A stretch of DNA of 64,000 bases from a candidate division WOR-3 bacterium (GTDB lineage Bacteria > Hydrothermota > Tepidihabitantia > Tepidihabitantales > Tepidihabitantaceae), in NCBI GenBank assembly GCA_965649225.1, contig CBFGJX010000012.1, positions 1-64,000 on the forward strand, written 5' to 3'. The notes under the pieces were generated by a model, which ran no database searches, was not told the DNA's origin, and worked only from the letters and a program-made list of their open reading frames with translations. The position numbers and the translations under genes were made by a program. Below, piece after piece: positions 18,655 to 26,770 of this stretch (within the stretch, counting starts at the first letter, position 1; each line of letters starts with the position of its first letter).

Positions 18655-19313
18655 AGCTTTTCCCAGAGAAATTCCCAGATTGATCCCGGCTTGACCTTCT
18701 TCTCCATGATGAAACTGCCGTCCTGAATGAACGGGCGGAATTCCTGGGCATAGTAAAGCCGGCGCTGGTTGGTGTTGTTGGCGTACCAGCGTCGACCCTG
18801 GCGATAAATCCGAAGCAGCGTTTCGTCGTAGTTGCCCTCGAATGTCCGGAAGCCGTAATTGAGCAGCGTTACCAGCATCGCGACGTGGCGGGGATAGGCG
18901 ACGACTGACCGGCCCCGGTGTTTGCGGGCGAGCGCCATTACCATTTCGACCATGAACAGCGAGTAATTGCGACCGCGGTACTTCGGTCGCATGTAGGCGC
19001 GGGTGAGTTCCCAGCGACCGAGGTCGCGGCCTTCGGCATCGCGCCAGCAGGGGTCGATGCGGTCGTAGCCCATGTATTCGGAACCGGAGTCCCGGTTGCC
19101 GAGATAGACCTCAAGGATATCCTCGGTGGTGACGGCGTCGCGGTAACGACGAAAGCAGAACCAGTGGTCGCCGATGCGGACCTCGGGAGCAGGCAGAACA
19201 ACCTTGGCTTCGGGTTTGGAACGGATGAAATCGGCAATGCCCTGCTGGGTGGTAGACGGTACAATCCGGGCCAGTTCGTTGACCCAGCTCAAGACAGTCT
19301 TGCGGTCAAGCAT
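18651..19313 (-). CDS. GNAT-like acetyltransferase, divergent
   Basis: Motif A-like LTRAYMRPKYRGRNYSLFMV..A and later YGF; ATG abuts ftsK stop. Confidence 0.55.
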   Translation of the reverse strand: MLDRKTVLSWVNELARIVPSTTQQGIADFIRSKPEAKVVLPAPEVRIGDHWFCFRRYRDAVTTEDILEVYLGNRDSGSEYMGYDRIDPCWRDAEGRDLGRWELTRAYMRPKYRGRNYSLFMVEMVMALARKHRGRSVVAYPRHVAMLVTLLNYGFRTFEGNYDETLLRIYRQGRRWYANNTNQRRLYYAQEFRPFIQDGSFIMEKKVKPGSIWEFLWEKL

Positions 19314-21890
19314 TTAACGGTTTGTCAGTTCGGCGAGAAGCCGTTCCAGTTCGGCCTCGCCGCTGACCAGTACCTTTCTGGATTTGGAGCCGACATAGGG
19401 GCCGACAATACCGGCCTGTTCAAGCTGGTCGATGATGCGGCCGGCGCGGGCCCAGCCGACATCAAGCCGGCGCTGAAGCATCGAGACCGATGCTTCGCGA
19501 TGACGCACTACGATCCGGGCGGCCTCAGAGAATTTTTCGTCGAATTCAAGACTTTGCTGTTGTTGCACCCGTGTTCGCTCCGCCAAAACCTCCGGACTTT
19601 CTTCGCTCAGCACAGCATAGTATTGACGATTAATCAGGTTGTCAATTGCGTCTTCGGGCAGGATTGAACGCAGCGTGTCCTGTTTCTTCTTGATGCCCGA
19701 TTTCTCCGGGTCGTAGAGGGCATCGACGACATCGGCGGCGACCAGCTGCCCGGCCCGTTCGGCCGGGTTATCAACCAGTCCGGTGAGGAGTTCAGTGAGG
19801 TAGGTGCGTGTCCAGAGGTCAACGATACGCTTGGCAGCGCGGTCAGAGATGAAAGTGCCGTGGAGACGTACCGGTTCGCCCTTGCCCGGCGGCAGAAACA
19901 GCATGTCGCCGCGGCCCAGCAGTGCTTCAGCGCCGTTGAGGTCAAGGATAGTGCGCGAGTCGGTCTTGGAAGCGACCTGAAAGGCGATCCGGCAGGGAAA
20001 GTTGGCCTTGATCAGTCCGGTAATGACGTCAACCGACGGGCGCTGGGTGGCGATGACGAGGTGAATGCCGACGGCGCGTGACATCTGGGCAAGCCGGGTT
20101 ATGCGCTGTTCGATTTCATTCTCAGCCCGCAGCATCAGGTCGGCCAGTTCATCGATAATCACGACGATGTAGGGCTTGCGTTCGAAGCCTTCTTCCTCGG
20201 CGCGGGCGTTGTAGCCGGCGATGTCGCGTACCCCGAGTTTGGCGAATTCGCCGATGCGCGCGTCCATGATGTTGACGACGCGGGTGAGCTGGTTGACGGC
20301 CTGGGTCGGATCGGTGGTGGTACGACCAAGCAGGTGTGGAATCGGGTTGTAGAGCGGCAGCTCAAGCTGCTTCGGGTCGATCGTCAGCAGCCGGACATCG
20401 CGCCACGATGAGCGGTAGATGATCGAGGCAATGATTGAATTGATGCAGACGGATTTGCCCGAGCCGGTGGTGCCGGCGATAAGTATGTGCGGCATCATCC
20501 GCAGGTCGGAAGAGTAGGGTTCACCGGTGATGGTTGTACCGAGGGCAAAACCGAGCGGTGATTGCTCACGGCGGAATTCGTCCGAGGTCAAAACATCGCG
20601 CAGATAGACTGTCTGGCGGACTTTGTTGGGAATCTCAATCCCGACCGCATTCCGGCCCGGTATCGGGGCGAGAATCCGGATGCGCTCGGCCGACAGAGCA
20701 AGCGAGAGGTCGTCGGCGAGGTTTTCCACCGCCGATACCCTGATGCCGGGAGCGGGTTCGAACTCGAAGCGGGTGATTACCGGTCCAGACAGAATGTCCG
20801 ATACCTGACCCTCAATGCGAAACTCGGCGAGTTTGTCGAGCAGGAGCTGCTTTTCCCTTTCGGCTTCGGCCGGGTTTTTGAATGTCCGGTCCCGTTCGGT
20901 TGGCTGGTCAAGCAGGCTGAGGAATTCCTGCTGGAACTCGCTGAGGTCGAAACGGGGCAGCGGCTGACGCCGGGGTTCGGGACGGGGTGGCTCCGGTTGC
21001 CGGGGTGAGGGCTCCGGCGGTGGCGGTTCGGCCGGGCCGGTTGTGGCTGCGGGCGGCGTTGTTGTTTTGGGCGGTGTCTGGAGTGTTGGACGTCCGGGTT
21101 TCGGTTGACGCAGCCGGCGAACCCGGGCCACGAGATTTTCCAGCAGTCGTCGCAGCCAGCCGAGTTCGGGCACGCGTACGGTCGTAAAGACCGCAATGAC
21201 GATCAGGCTCGCTCCGATGATCGCAAACAGAGTGCCGACCGTGCCGATGGCGCTTTCCAGCAGACGGACGAGTGCGATTCCAGCCGTTCCACCGGGGGGA
21301 TAGGAGCCGTCGAGGCCGACAAGTCGGAGGGTGGGAAAAGCCCAGGCAAGAAAGAGATTGATGAGCAGGCCAATGAGCAGAACAAACAGGGTCTCGAACA
21401 GGTCATCACGCAATCGGGCGCGCAGTCGGATGTTCAGTCCCCAGATGAGCAGCACGGCGATGAGCATCCATGCCCCGAAACCCAGCAGCAGGCTCAGACC
21501 CGAACCGACAAACCGGCCGACAAAGCCGGTAAAAGTCGGGTAAGGACGGAGCGCAGCCTGGTACTCGAACAGGGCGATGGCGACGAAGGCGGCGAGCAAC
21601 CAGAGGGCAAATCCGGCAACCGGCCGGGCACCGCGGCCGCGCGTGATTACAAGCCAGGCCGCCAGTCCGGTCATTACCGGGACGAGCGCTGCACTGAAGC
21701 CGAGAGCGGCGATGAGTGCGGCGGCAATCCAGTGGCCAAGCGGGCCGCAGTAGCTGGTTTCGGTCGAGCGCTGGCCGGCGAACCAGAACACCAGGCTGGC
21801 GGTGATGAAGAGTATCAGTACGGCCAAGGCAATCGTCAGTGCCAGTTGACCGTTGCGGGACCGGCGGCGCGGTGCGATTGAGCGCGGCAT
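19314..21890 (-). CDS. ftsK: DNA translocase FtsK
   Basis: N-term TM segments, Pro-rich linker, GTTGSGKS, IDPKQLEL, DELADLM, ATQRPSVDVITG, gamma domain LQRRL.VG..RAGRIID. Confidence 0.97.
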   Translation of the reverse strand: MPRSIAPRRRSRNGQLALTIALAVLILFITASLVFWFAGQRSTETSYCGPLGHWIAAALIAALGFSAALVPVMTGLAAWLVITRGRGARPVAGFALWLLAAFVAIALFEYQAALRPYPTFTGFVGRFVGSGLSLLLGFGAWMLIAVLLIWGLNIRLRARLRDDLFETLFVLLIGLLINLFLAWAFPTLRLVGLDGSYPPGGTAGIALVRLLESAIGTVGTLFAIIGASLIVIAVFTTVRVPELGWLRRLLENLVARVRRLRQPKPGRPTLQTPPKTTTPPAATTGPAEPPPPEPSPRQPEPPRPEPRRQPLPRFDLSEFQQEFLSLLDQPTERDRTFKNPAEAEREKQLLLDKLAEFRIEGQVSDILSGPVITRFEFEPAPGIRVSAVENLADDLSLALSAERIRILAPIPGRNAVGIEIPNKVRQTVYLRDVLTSDEFRREQSPLGFALGTTITGEPYSSDLRMMPHILIAGTTGSGKSVCINSIIASIIYRSSWRDVRLLTIDPKQLELPLYNPIPHLLGRTTTDPTQAVNQLTRVVNIMDARIGEFAKLGVRDIAGYNARAEEEGFERKPYIVVIIDELADLMLRAENEIEQRITRLAQMSRAVGIHLVIATQRPSVDVITGLIKANFPCRIAFQVASKTDSRTILDLNGAEALLGRGDMLFLPPGKGEPVRLHGTFISDRAAKRIVDLWTRTYLTELLTGLVDNPAERAGQLVAADVVDALYDPEKSGIKKKQDTLRSILPEDAIDNLINRQYYAVLSEESPEVLAERTRVQQQQSLEFDEKFSEAARIVVRHREASVSMLQRRLDVGWARAGRIIDQLEQAGIVGPYVGSKSRKVLVSGEAELERLLAELTNR

Positions 21891-21892
21891 TG

Positions 21893-22519
21893 CTAGATGA
21901 GCAGGTGTCCGGTGAACAGCCGGCCGAAAAACTGAACCAGCGGACCGAGATAGAGCGAGAACAGCGATACGCCGGTGAACTGTCCGATAAAAATAATCGC
22001 CATCAGCAGCAGAAAGCCGTACCGCTCGAGCTGGGCGTAGCCGGCGGCGAGCCGGGGCGGCAGGAAGTAGTAGACCAGCCTTGAGCCGTCAAGAGGCGGA
22101 ATCGGGATGAGGTTGAAGAAGCAGAGGATGATGTTGAACAGGACAAAGTAGTTCAGCAGCAGGGGCAGAAAGCCGGTGATGCCAAGTGCGGTCAGCAGCC
22201 GGTAGACCAGACCGGCGCCGAGGGCGGTGACAAAATTGGCCGCCGGGCCGGCCAGTGACGAGATGGCCATATCGCGGGTCGGATGGCGAAAGTAGCTGGG
22301 GTCAATTGGCACCGGCCGTGCCCAGCCGAACCGGAACAGAAACAGCGCAATCGTGCCGACCGGGTCGAGATGTTTGAGCGGATTGAGGGTGAGCCGGCCC
22401 AGTTCCCGGGCCGTAGGGTCGCCCAGTCGCCAGGCAACCCAGCCGTGGGCAAACTCATGGATGGTCAGGCCAAACAGAATTGCCGGGGCGGAAAGGAGCA
22501 GACTGCGGGCGTCAAACAT
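21893..22519 (-). CDS. Site-2 protease (M50 family)
   Basis: HEFAH, GDPTA, TLNPLKHLDP, AGPAAN, FNLIPIPPLDG. Confidence 0.93.
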   Translation of the reverse strand: MFDARSLLLSAPAILFGLTIHEFAHGWVAWRLGDPTARELGRLTLNPLKHLDPVGTIALFLFRFGWARPVPIDPSYFRHPTRDMAISSLAGPAANFVTALGAGLVYRLLTALGITGFLPLLLNYFVLFNIILCFFNLIPIPPLDGSRLVYYFLPPRLAAGYAQLERYGFLLLMAIIFIGQFTGVSLFSLYLGPLVQFFGRLFTGHLLI

Positions 22520-23730
22520 CAGGCCCTCCCGGTAAGCAGCCGGCGGCAGAGCGCAGTTTCACCGGCACGATCGGTCACTCGGCCATCGAGGCGCGCCCAG
22601 AGCAGCCTTTCAAGGATACTGCGGTAATTTGGTCCGGGCCGCAAACCGAGCGATTTCAGGTCGGCGCCGGTCAGTTCGGTCCGGACATCGGCCATTGTGT
22701 CAAGATAGGTGCGGATTCGCCGTGCCACCGGTGGCGGCTCCGTGCAGGCCAGGATCTCAAGTGCCGGGCGGGGGACGGGGTTGAGCAGGCGGTAGATTGC
22801 GCTGGGTCGCCGGACGCGCATGAGGCTGCGCCGGAGTGTCGAAGCGCCGGCAATTGCCGCCGCGGCCAGGCGGTGTTCCCGGCGCAGGGGCCAGTTGTCA
22901 GCGACCGGCAGGTAACTGAGCAGGAGCAGAAACTTCAGCTCGGCATCACGGCCCGCCTGTGTCAGTTGGCGCATGGCATCGAGCAATCCGGGCCGGGGGC
23001 GCCAGTGCCAGGTTGCCGACAGAACCCGCTCTTTGATCAGTGCGTCAAGTATCGGCAGGACCAGTGGTTCCGCGCAGATGAGCCTGAGTTCATAAAGCAG
23101 CCGTTCGGGGGTCAGCAGTGCGGGCAGGCGTGCGCGAACGGCGGTACGCAGCAAGGTCAGAGTTCGGGGTTCGATGGCAAAGTCGAAGCGGACGGCAAAG
23201 CGGATGGCGCGGAAGATGCGGGTCGGATCGTCAATGAAGCTACGGTCGTGAAGAACGCGCACGGTGCGCGCTGCCAGGTCGGCTCTGCCGCCGAGCGGGT
23301 CGAGCAGCCGGCCGAAGGCATCAGGCGAAAGGTCCAGCGCCATGGCGTTGATAGAGAAATCGCGCCGGGCGAGGTCGGTTTCAATCGGTGCCGGATGAAC
23401 GCGGGGCAGAGTCGCTGGCTGTGGGTAAGTCTCGCGCCGGGTCGCGCTGATATCGATGCGTCGACCATCGGCGAGGGTGATGGTGCCGGTCAGGAACCGC
23501 TGATGATAGACAAAGCTGCCACTGAGCTCCCGGGCAAGGGCACGACCGTAATCGGCCGAGCGGCCTTCGACCGCAACGTCAATGTCGAAACCGGTGCAAC
23601 CGAGGAGAATGTCGCGGACCGGCCCGCCGACAAGATAGGCCCGTGTCCGCTCCTGGAGTGCGATGTGACCAAGCCGGATCAGCAGCGGGCGACTGGCTTC
23701 CGGGACGGCCAGGACCAGGCTAGAAGCCAA
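22519..23730 (-). CDS. Class II tRNA nucleotidyltransferase (CCA/A-adding type)
   Basis: VGGPVRD, DIDVAV, RRETY.QPATLP.V, DLARRDFSINAMA, SFIDDPTRIFRA.RF; start uncertain, TTG 23730 avoids long overlap with upstream gene. Confidence 0.85.
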   Translation of the reverse strand: MASSLVLAVPEASRPLLIRLGHIALQERTRAYLVGGPVRDILLGCTGFDIDVAVEGRSADYGRALARELSGSFVYHQRFLTGTITLADGRRIDISATRRETYPQPATLPRVHPAPIETDLARRDFSINAMALDLSPDAFGRLLDPLGGRADLAARTVRVLHDRSFIDDPTRIFRAIRFAVRFDFAIEPRTLTLLRTAVRARLPALLTPERLLYELRLICAEPLVLPILDALIKERVLSATWHWRPRPGLLDAMRQLTQAGRDAELKFLLLLSYLPVADNWPLRREHRLAAAAIAGASTLRRSLMRVRRPSAIYRLLNPVPRPALEILACTEPPPVARRIRTYLDTMADVRTELTGADLKSLGLRPGPNYRSILERLLWARLDGRVTDRAGETALCRRLLTGRA

Positions 23731-24028
23731 GGCCCTTGGCGACTTCGTCTTCTTTGCCGTGAAGTTTGATTTTGCCGAAGCGGTCTTCGTACTTTTTGAT
23801 GTTTTCGGCGAGTGCGTTGTGGAGCAGGGTGGCATGCTGGGGTGTCATCACAATCCGGGAAAACACTTTCGCCTTGGGCAGTCCGGGCAGGATGCGGGCA
23901 AAGTCAATGATGAATTCTGAGGGCGAATGGGCAATGAGGACGAAGTTTGAATAAACACCCTCGGATTCCTTTTCACCGATTTCAATCTGTACCGGTGGGC
24001 CCGGCTGGGGTCTTTCTTCCTGAGCCAT
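23720..24028 (-). CDS. DUF3467 family protein
   Basis: GVYSNFVLIAHSPSEFIIDF..SRIVMTPQHA..L.ENIKKYE..FG.I; SD AAAGGAG before ATG 24028. Confidence 0.85.
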   Translation of the reverse strand: MAQEERPQPGPPVQIEIGEKESEGVYSNFVLIAHSPSEFIIDFARILPGLPKAKVFSRIVMTPQHATLLHNALAENIKKYEDRFGKIKLHGKEDEVAKGLGF

Positions 24029-24045
24029 CAGTTCTCCTTTCGGGG

Positions 24046-24073
24046 ATTTTAGAGGCAATCAAGAGAGAGTCAA
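24046..24073 (-). promoter_or_regulatory. sigma70-like promoter for DUF3467-cca-S2P-ftsK
   Basis: Minus strand TTGACT-16-TAAAAT. Confidence 0.7.
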
Positions 24074-24109
24074 GGCAGGTTACCGACAGAGAGGAGGAGA
24101 TGATGTTGG

Positions 24110-25312
24110 CTAGGCCGGGAGCAGCCGGACAAAACGGCGTTTGCCGACCCGGAGTACGGCTGGCTGGTCCAGTCGGATGCAGAGCGTCGGGTCGCTGATG
24201 CGCTCGCCGTTGATCGTTACCGCACCTTCGGCGATCTTGCGCCGGGTTTCACTCTTCGAGGGCAGCAGGCCGGCCGCGACGATGAGGTCAACGATGTTTC
24301 TGCCGTCGGCGGGGAGGGTGATTTCCGGCATCTGGTCGGGCAGGCCGCCGTCGCGGAACATCCGGTTGAATTCGGCTTCGGCTTCAGCGGCAGCGGTGGC
24401 CGAGTGGTAGATAGTGATGATAGTGCGGGCCAGTCGGGCTTTGTAGTCGCGCGGGTTGGCACCGGCCTGGATGGCGGCCGTCATTGTGGCGATTTCGCTT
24501 TCGGTGGTATCGGTGCAAAGCCGGAAGTAGTCGGCGATGAGTGAGTCGGGGATTGACATCAGCTTGCCGAACATCTCGCGGGGCGATTCGGTGATGCCGA
24601 CGTAGTTGCCGTAGGATTTGGACATCTTTTGAGTGCCGTCGGTACCAACCAGCAGCGGCATGGTCAGGACAATCTGGGGCGGCTGGCCGTATTCGCGCTG
24701 CAGTTCACGGCCGACGAGAAGGTTCCAGTACTGGTCGGCACCGCCCAGTTCAACGTCGGACCTGACTGCTACCGAATCAAAACCCTGAAAGAGCGGATAG
24801 AGCAATTCGTGGACGTGGACCGGCACACCGGTATCGAGACGTTTCTTGAAGTCTTCACGTTCCAGCAGCCGGGCGACGGTGTAACGTGAGGCGAGGGTGA
24901 TGATGTCGGCGCCGCCGAGCGGGCCGCACCATTCGGAGTTATAGCGGAATTCGCACCGTTCGGGGTCGAGAATCCGGAATACCTGTTCCCGGTAACGGGC
25001 CATGTTGCTCTGGATTTCGTCTTCGCTGAGATGGGGACGGGTCCGGGAGCGGCCGGACGGGTCGCCGATGCGGGCGGTGAAGTCGCCGACAATCAGCACG
25101 GCACGATGCCCGAGGTCCTGGAACTGCCTGAGTTTGCGCAGCGGGACCGCAAAGCCGAGATGAATGTCAGGGCCGGTGGCATCAATGCCAAGTTTGATGC
25201 GCAGGGGCCGACCGTCACGGGCCGCAGCGGCAAGCCGTTCCAGCAGTTCGGCTTCGGTTTCCAGCCGGTCGACGCCGCGACGCAGCAGTTCGAGGGCCTG
25301 CTGGGGAGTCAT
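24110..25312 (-). CDS. tyrS: Tyrosine--tRNA ligase (type 2)
   Basis: KLGIDATGPDIHLG, GDFTARIGDPSGR, YPLFQGFDSV, ELGGADQ, KMSKS, C-term S4-like RVGKRRF. Confidence 0.96.
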   Translation of the reverse strand: MTPQQALELLRRGVDRLETEAELLERLAAAARDGRPLRIKLGIDATGPDIHLGFAVPLRKLRQFQDLGHRAVLIVGDFTARIGDPSGRSRTRPHLSEDEIQSNMARYREQVFRILDPERCEFRYNSEWCGPLGGADIITLASRYTVARLLEREDFKKRLDTGVPVHVHELLYPLFQGFDSVAVRSDVELGGADQYWNLLVGRELQREYGQPPQIVLTMPLLVGTDGTQKMSKSYGNYVGITESPREMFGKLMSIPDSLIADYFRLCTDTTESEIATMTAAIQAGANPRDYKARLARTIITIYHSATAAAEAEAEFNRMFRDGGLPDQMPEITLPADGRNIVDLIVAAGLLPSKSETRRKIAEGAVTINGERISDPTLCIRLDQPAVLRVGKRRFVRLLPA

Positions 25313-25315
25313 GGT

Positions 25316-25801
25316 TCAGGGCATCCGGTAGTTGCCGAAATCTTCCGGCGTAATCTCGCGCAGGCGGGCGCGCAGCTCATCGGGGTTGCCGGTGTTGCCC
25401 TCCGGGCTGAGCAGTCCGGCTTCGTCCATCACCGCTTCGGCGACACCGATGGCCGCACCGGCGCGCAGCGCCAGCGCAATGGCGTCGGATGGTCGGGCGT
25501 CGATACTGACCTTGCCCTGAGGAGAATCGAGCACCAGCTCGGCGTAAAAAGTGCCTTCCGCCAGTCGAGTGACCACCGCCCGGCGCATGACTCCGTGCAG
25601 ACCGGCAATGAGCAGGTTCATCAGGTCAACAGTGAGCGGGCGGACAAAGCGTTCACCGGAGAGAACATAGATGATTGCCTGAGCTTCGTTCGGGCCGATA
25701 AATATCGGCAGGACGCGATTGCCGTTGCGTTCGCGAAGAACGACAACCGGCAGGTCGGTATCGCGGTCGAACAGGACGCCTTCGACCCCGACCTCAATCA
25801 C
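25316..25801 (-). CDS. Bifunctional nuclease family protein (DUF151)
   Basis: LPIFIGPNEAQAI, RPLTVDL, GTFYA, IDARPSDAIALALR. Confidence 0.9.
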   Translation of the reverse strand: MIEVGVEGVLFDRDTDLPVVVLRERNGNRVLPIFIGPNEAQAIIYVLSGERFVRPLTVDLMNLLIAGLHGVMRRAVVTRLAEGTFYAELVLDSPQGKVSIDARPSDAIALALRAGAAIGVAEAVMDEAGLLSPEGNTGNPDELRARLREITPEDFGNYRMP

Positions 25802-26244
25802 GCTGGGGCTTCAGCCACCCAGAGCTTGACAGTCGCGGTGATCTCGTGACCGAGCTTTACCGGGATGTCGTAGACCCCGGGTGCCTTGATCGGTTCGGCG
25901 AGGACAATAGCGTGTTTGTCGATCTCGTGACCGGCAGCCTTCAAGAGCTCAGCGATGTCGGCATTGGTGATGGCGCCAAACGCACCGGTTTCGCCCATTC
26001 TGATCGTCGTCTTGATCTGGACGAGTCCGAGACGCTCGGCCAGGTCGGTCAGCCGACGGGTTACCTTGGCCTGCTTGGACTGCAGCTGCGAGCGGATACG
26101 CTCGAGCTGGGCAAGCTGAGCCGGAGTCGCTGCCAGGGCCAGTTTGCGCGGAAAGAGGAAGTTGCGGGCATAGCCGGGTTTGACGTTGACGACCTCGCCG
26201 CGGCTGCCGACGCGTTCGATGTCGGAAAGCAGGATGACCTTCAT
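25798..26244 (-). CDS. rplI: 50S ribosomal protein L9
   Basis: MKVILLSDIERVG.RGEVVNVKPGYARNFLFP; ATG 26244 overlaps rpsR stop. Confidence 0.96.
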   Translation of the reverse strand: MKVILLSDIERVGSRGEVVNVKPGYARNFLFPRKLALAATPAQLAQLERIRSQLQSKQAKVTRRLTDLAERLGLVQIKTTIRMGETGAFGAITNADIAELLKAAGHEIDKHAIVLAEPIKAPGVYDIPVKLGHEITATVKLWVAEAPA

Positions 26245-26474
26245 TGCGGATTGTAGGGCAGCAGCGCGAGCGAGCGGGCGGTTTTGATTGCACGGGCAAG
26301 CCGGCGCTGATGCCGGGCACAGACACCGGAGACTTTGCCGGAGACTATCTTGCCCTTTTCGGTCGTGAAGTCGCGGATGTGCGGATCGCGGTAGTCGATG
26401 ACCGCAATCTTGTTGTCGCAGAAGTAGCAGCTTTTTCGGCGCCGGGCCGGCTGTCGTCGTCTTCTCATCATCAT
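26241..26474 (-). CDS. rpsR: 30S ribosomal protein S18 (zinc-binding form)
   Basis: CYFC..IDYRD..GKI..GVCARHQRRLARAIKTAR.LALLPY. Confidence 0.95.
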   Translation of the reverse strand: MMMRRRRQPARRRKSCYFCDNKIAVIDYRDPHIRDFTTEKGKIVSGKVSGVCARHQRRLARAIKTARSLALLPYNPQ

Positions 26475-26482
26475 AGCCTGTC

Positions 26483-26510
26483 AGGATAGGCAAAAAGCTT
26501 GAAGTGTCAA
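26483..26510 (-). promoter_or_regulatory. sigma70-like promoter for rpsR (near-leaderless)
   Basis: Minus strand TTGACA-16-TATCCT, ATG 8 nt downstream. Confidence 0.7.
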
Positions 26511-26724
26511 GATTGTGGAAGAATGCCGGTCGGCCGGGCGAGTGCGGCCGCAATCAGCGGGGTTGCTTTCGAGCCGGCGCAAAGAAGACGGGGTCCTGGA
26601 GGTAACTGTTTGATAATGTGTCGGTTGATTTGAAGGTCTCAACCGGGATGGATGCCACCATGGAGGCTGTCCGGTAACCAACCCTGAAAGCCCGAGACCT
26701 TGAGAGCAGTGTCGCGTAAATGGA

Positions 26725-26753
26725 GCGGGGAACGGTGGTTGGCCGTTCCCCGC
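26725..26753 (-). terminator. Terminator-like hairpin downstream of secreted protein gene
   Basis: 11-bp stem GCGGGGAACGG/CCGTTCCCCGC, weak tail TCCATTT on minus strand. Confidence 0.55.
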
Positions 26754-26770
26754 GCGATGGTAATGAGGTA

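Noticed and set aside
19253..19278. GAAC-N16-GTCTA on minus strand
   Set aside because: Inside the GNAT coding region, spacing off by one, no downstream gene start
22480..23769. 429 aa plus-strand ORF
   Set aside because: Antisense to the tRNA nucleotidyltransferase; no recognisable domain
23731..23835. N-terminal extension of nucleotidyltransferase ORF (likewise extended starts for rny, rplI, rpsU, hflX, rho)
   Set aside because: Overlap neighbouring genes or RNAs; better starts with SD or translational coupling lie downstream
26668..26687. T-box-like string AGGGTTGGTTACCGG on minus strand upstream of tyrS operon
   Set aside because: Does not fit the UGGNACC bulge, no stem I or terminator, and lies upstream of the rpsR promoter
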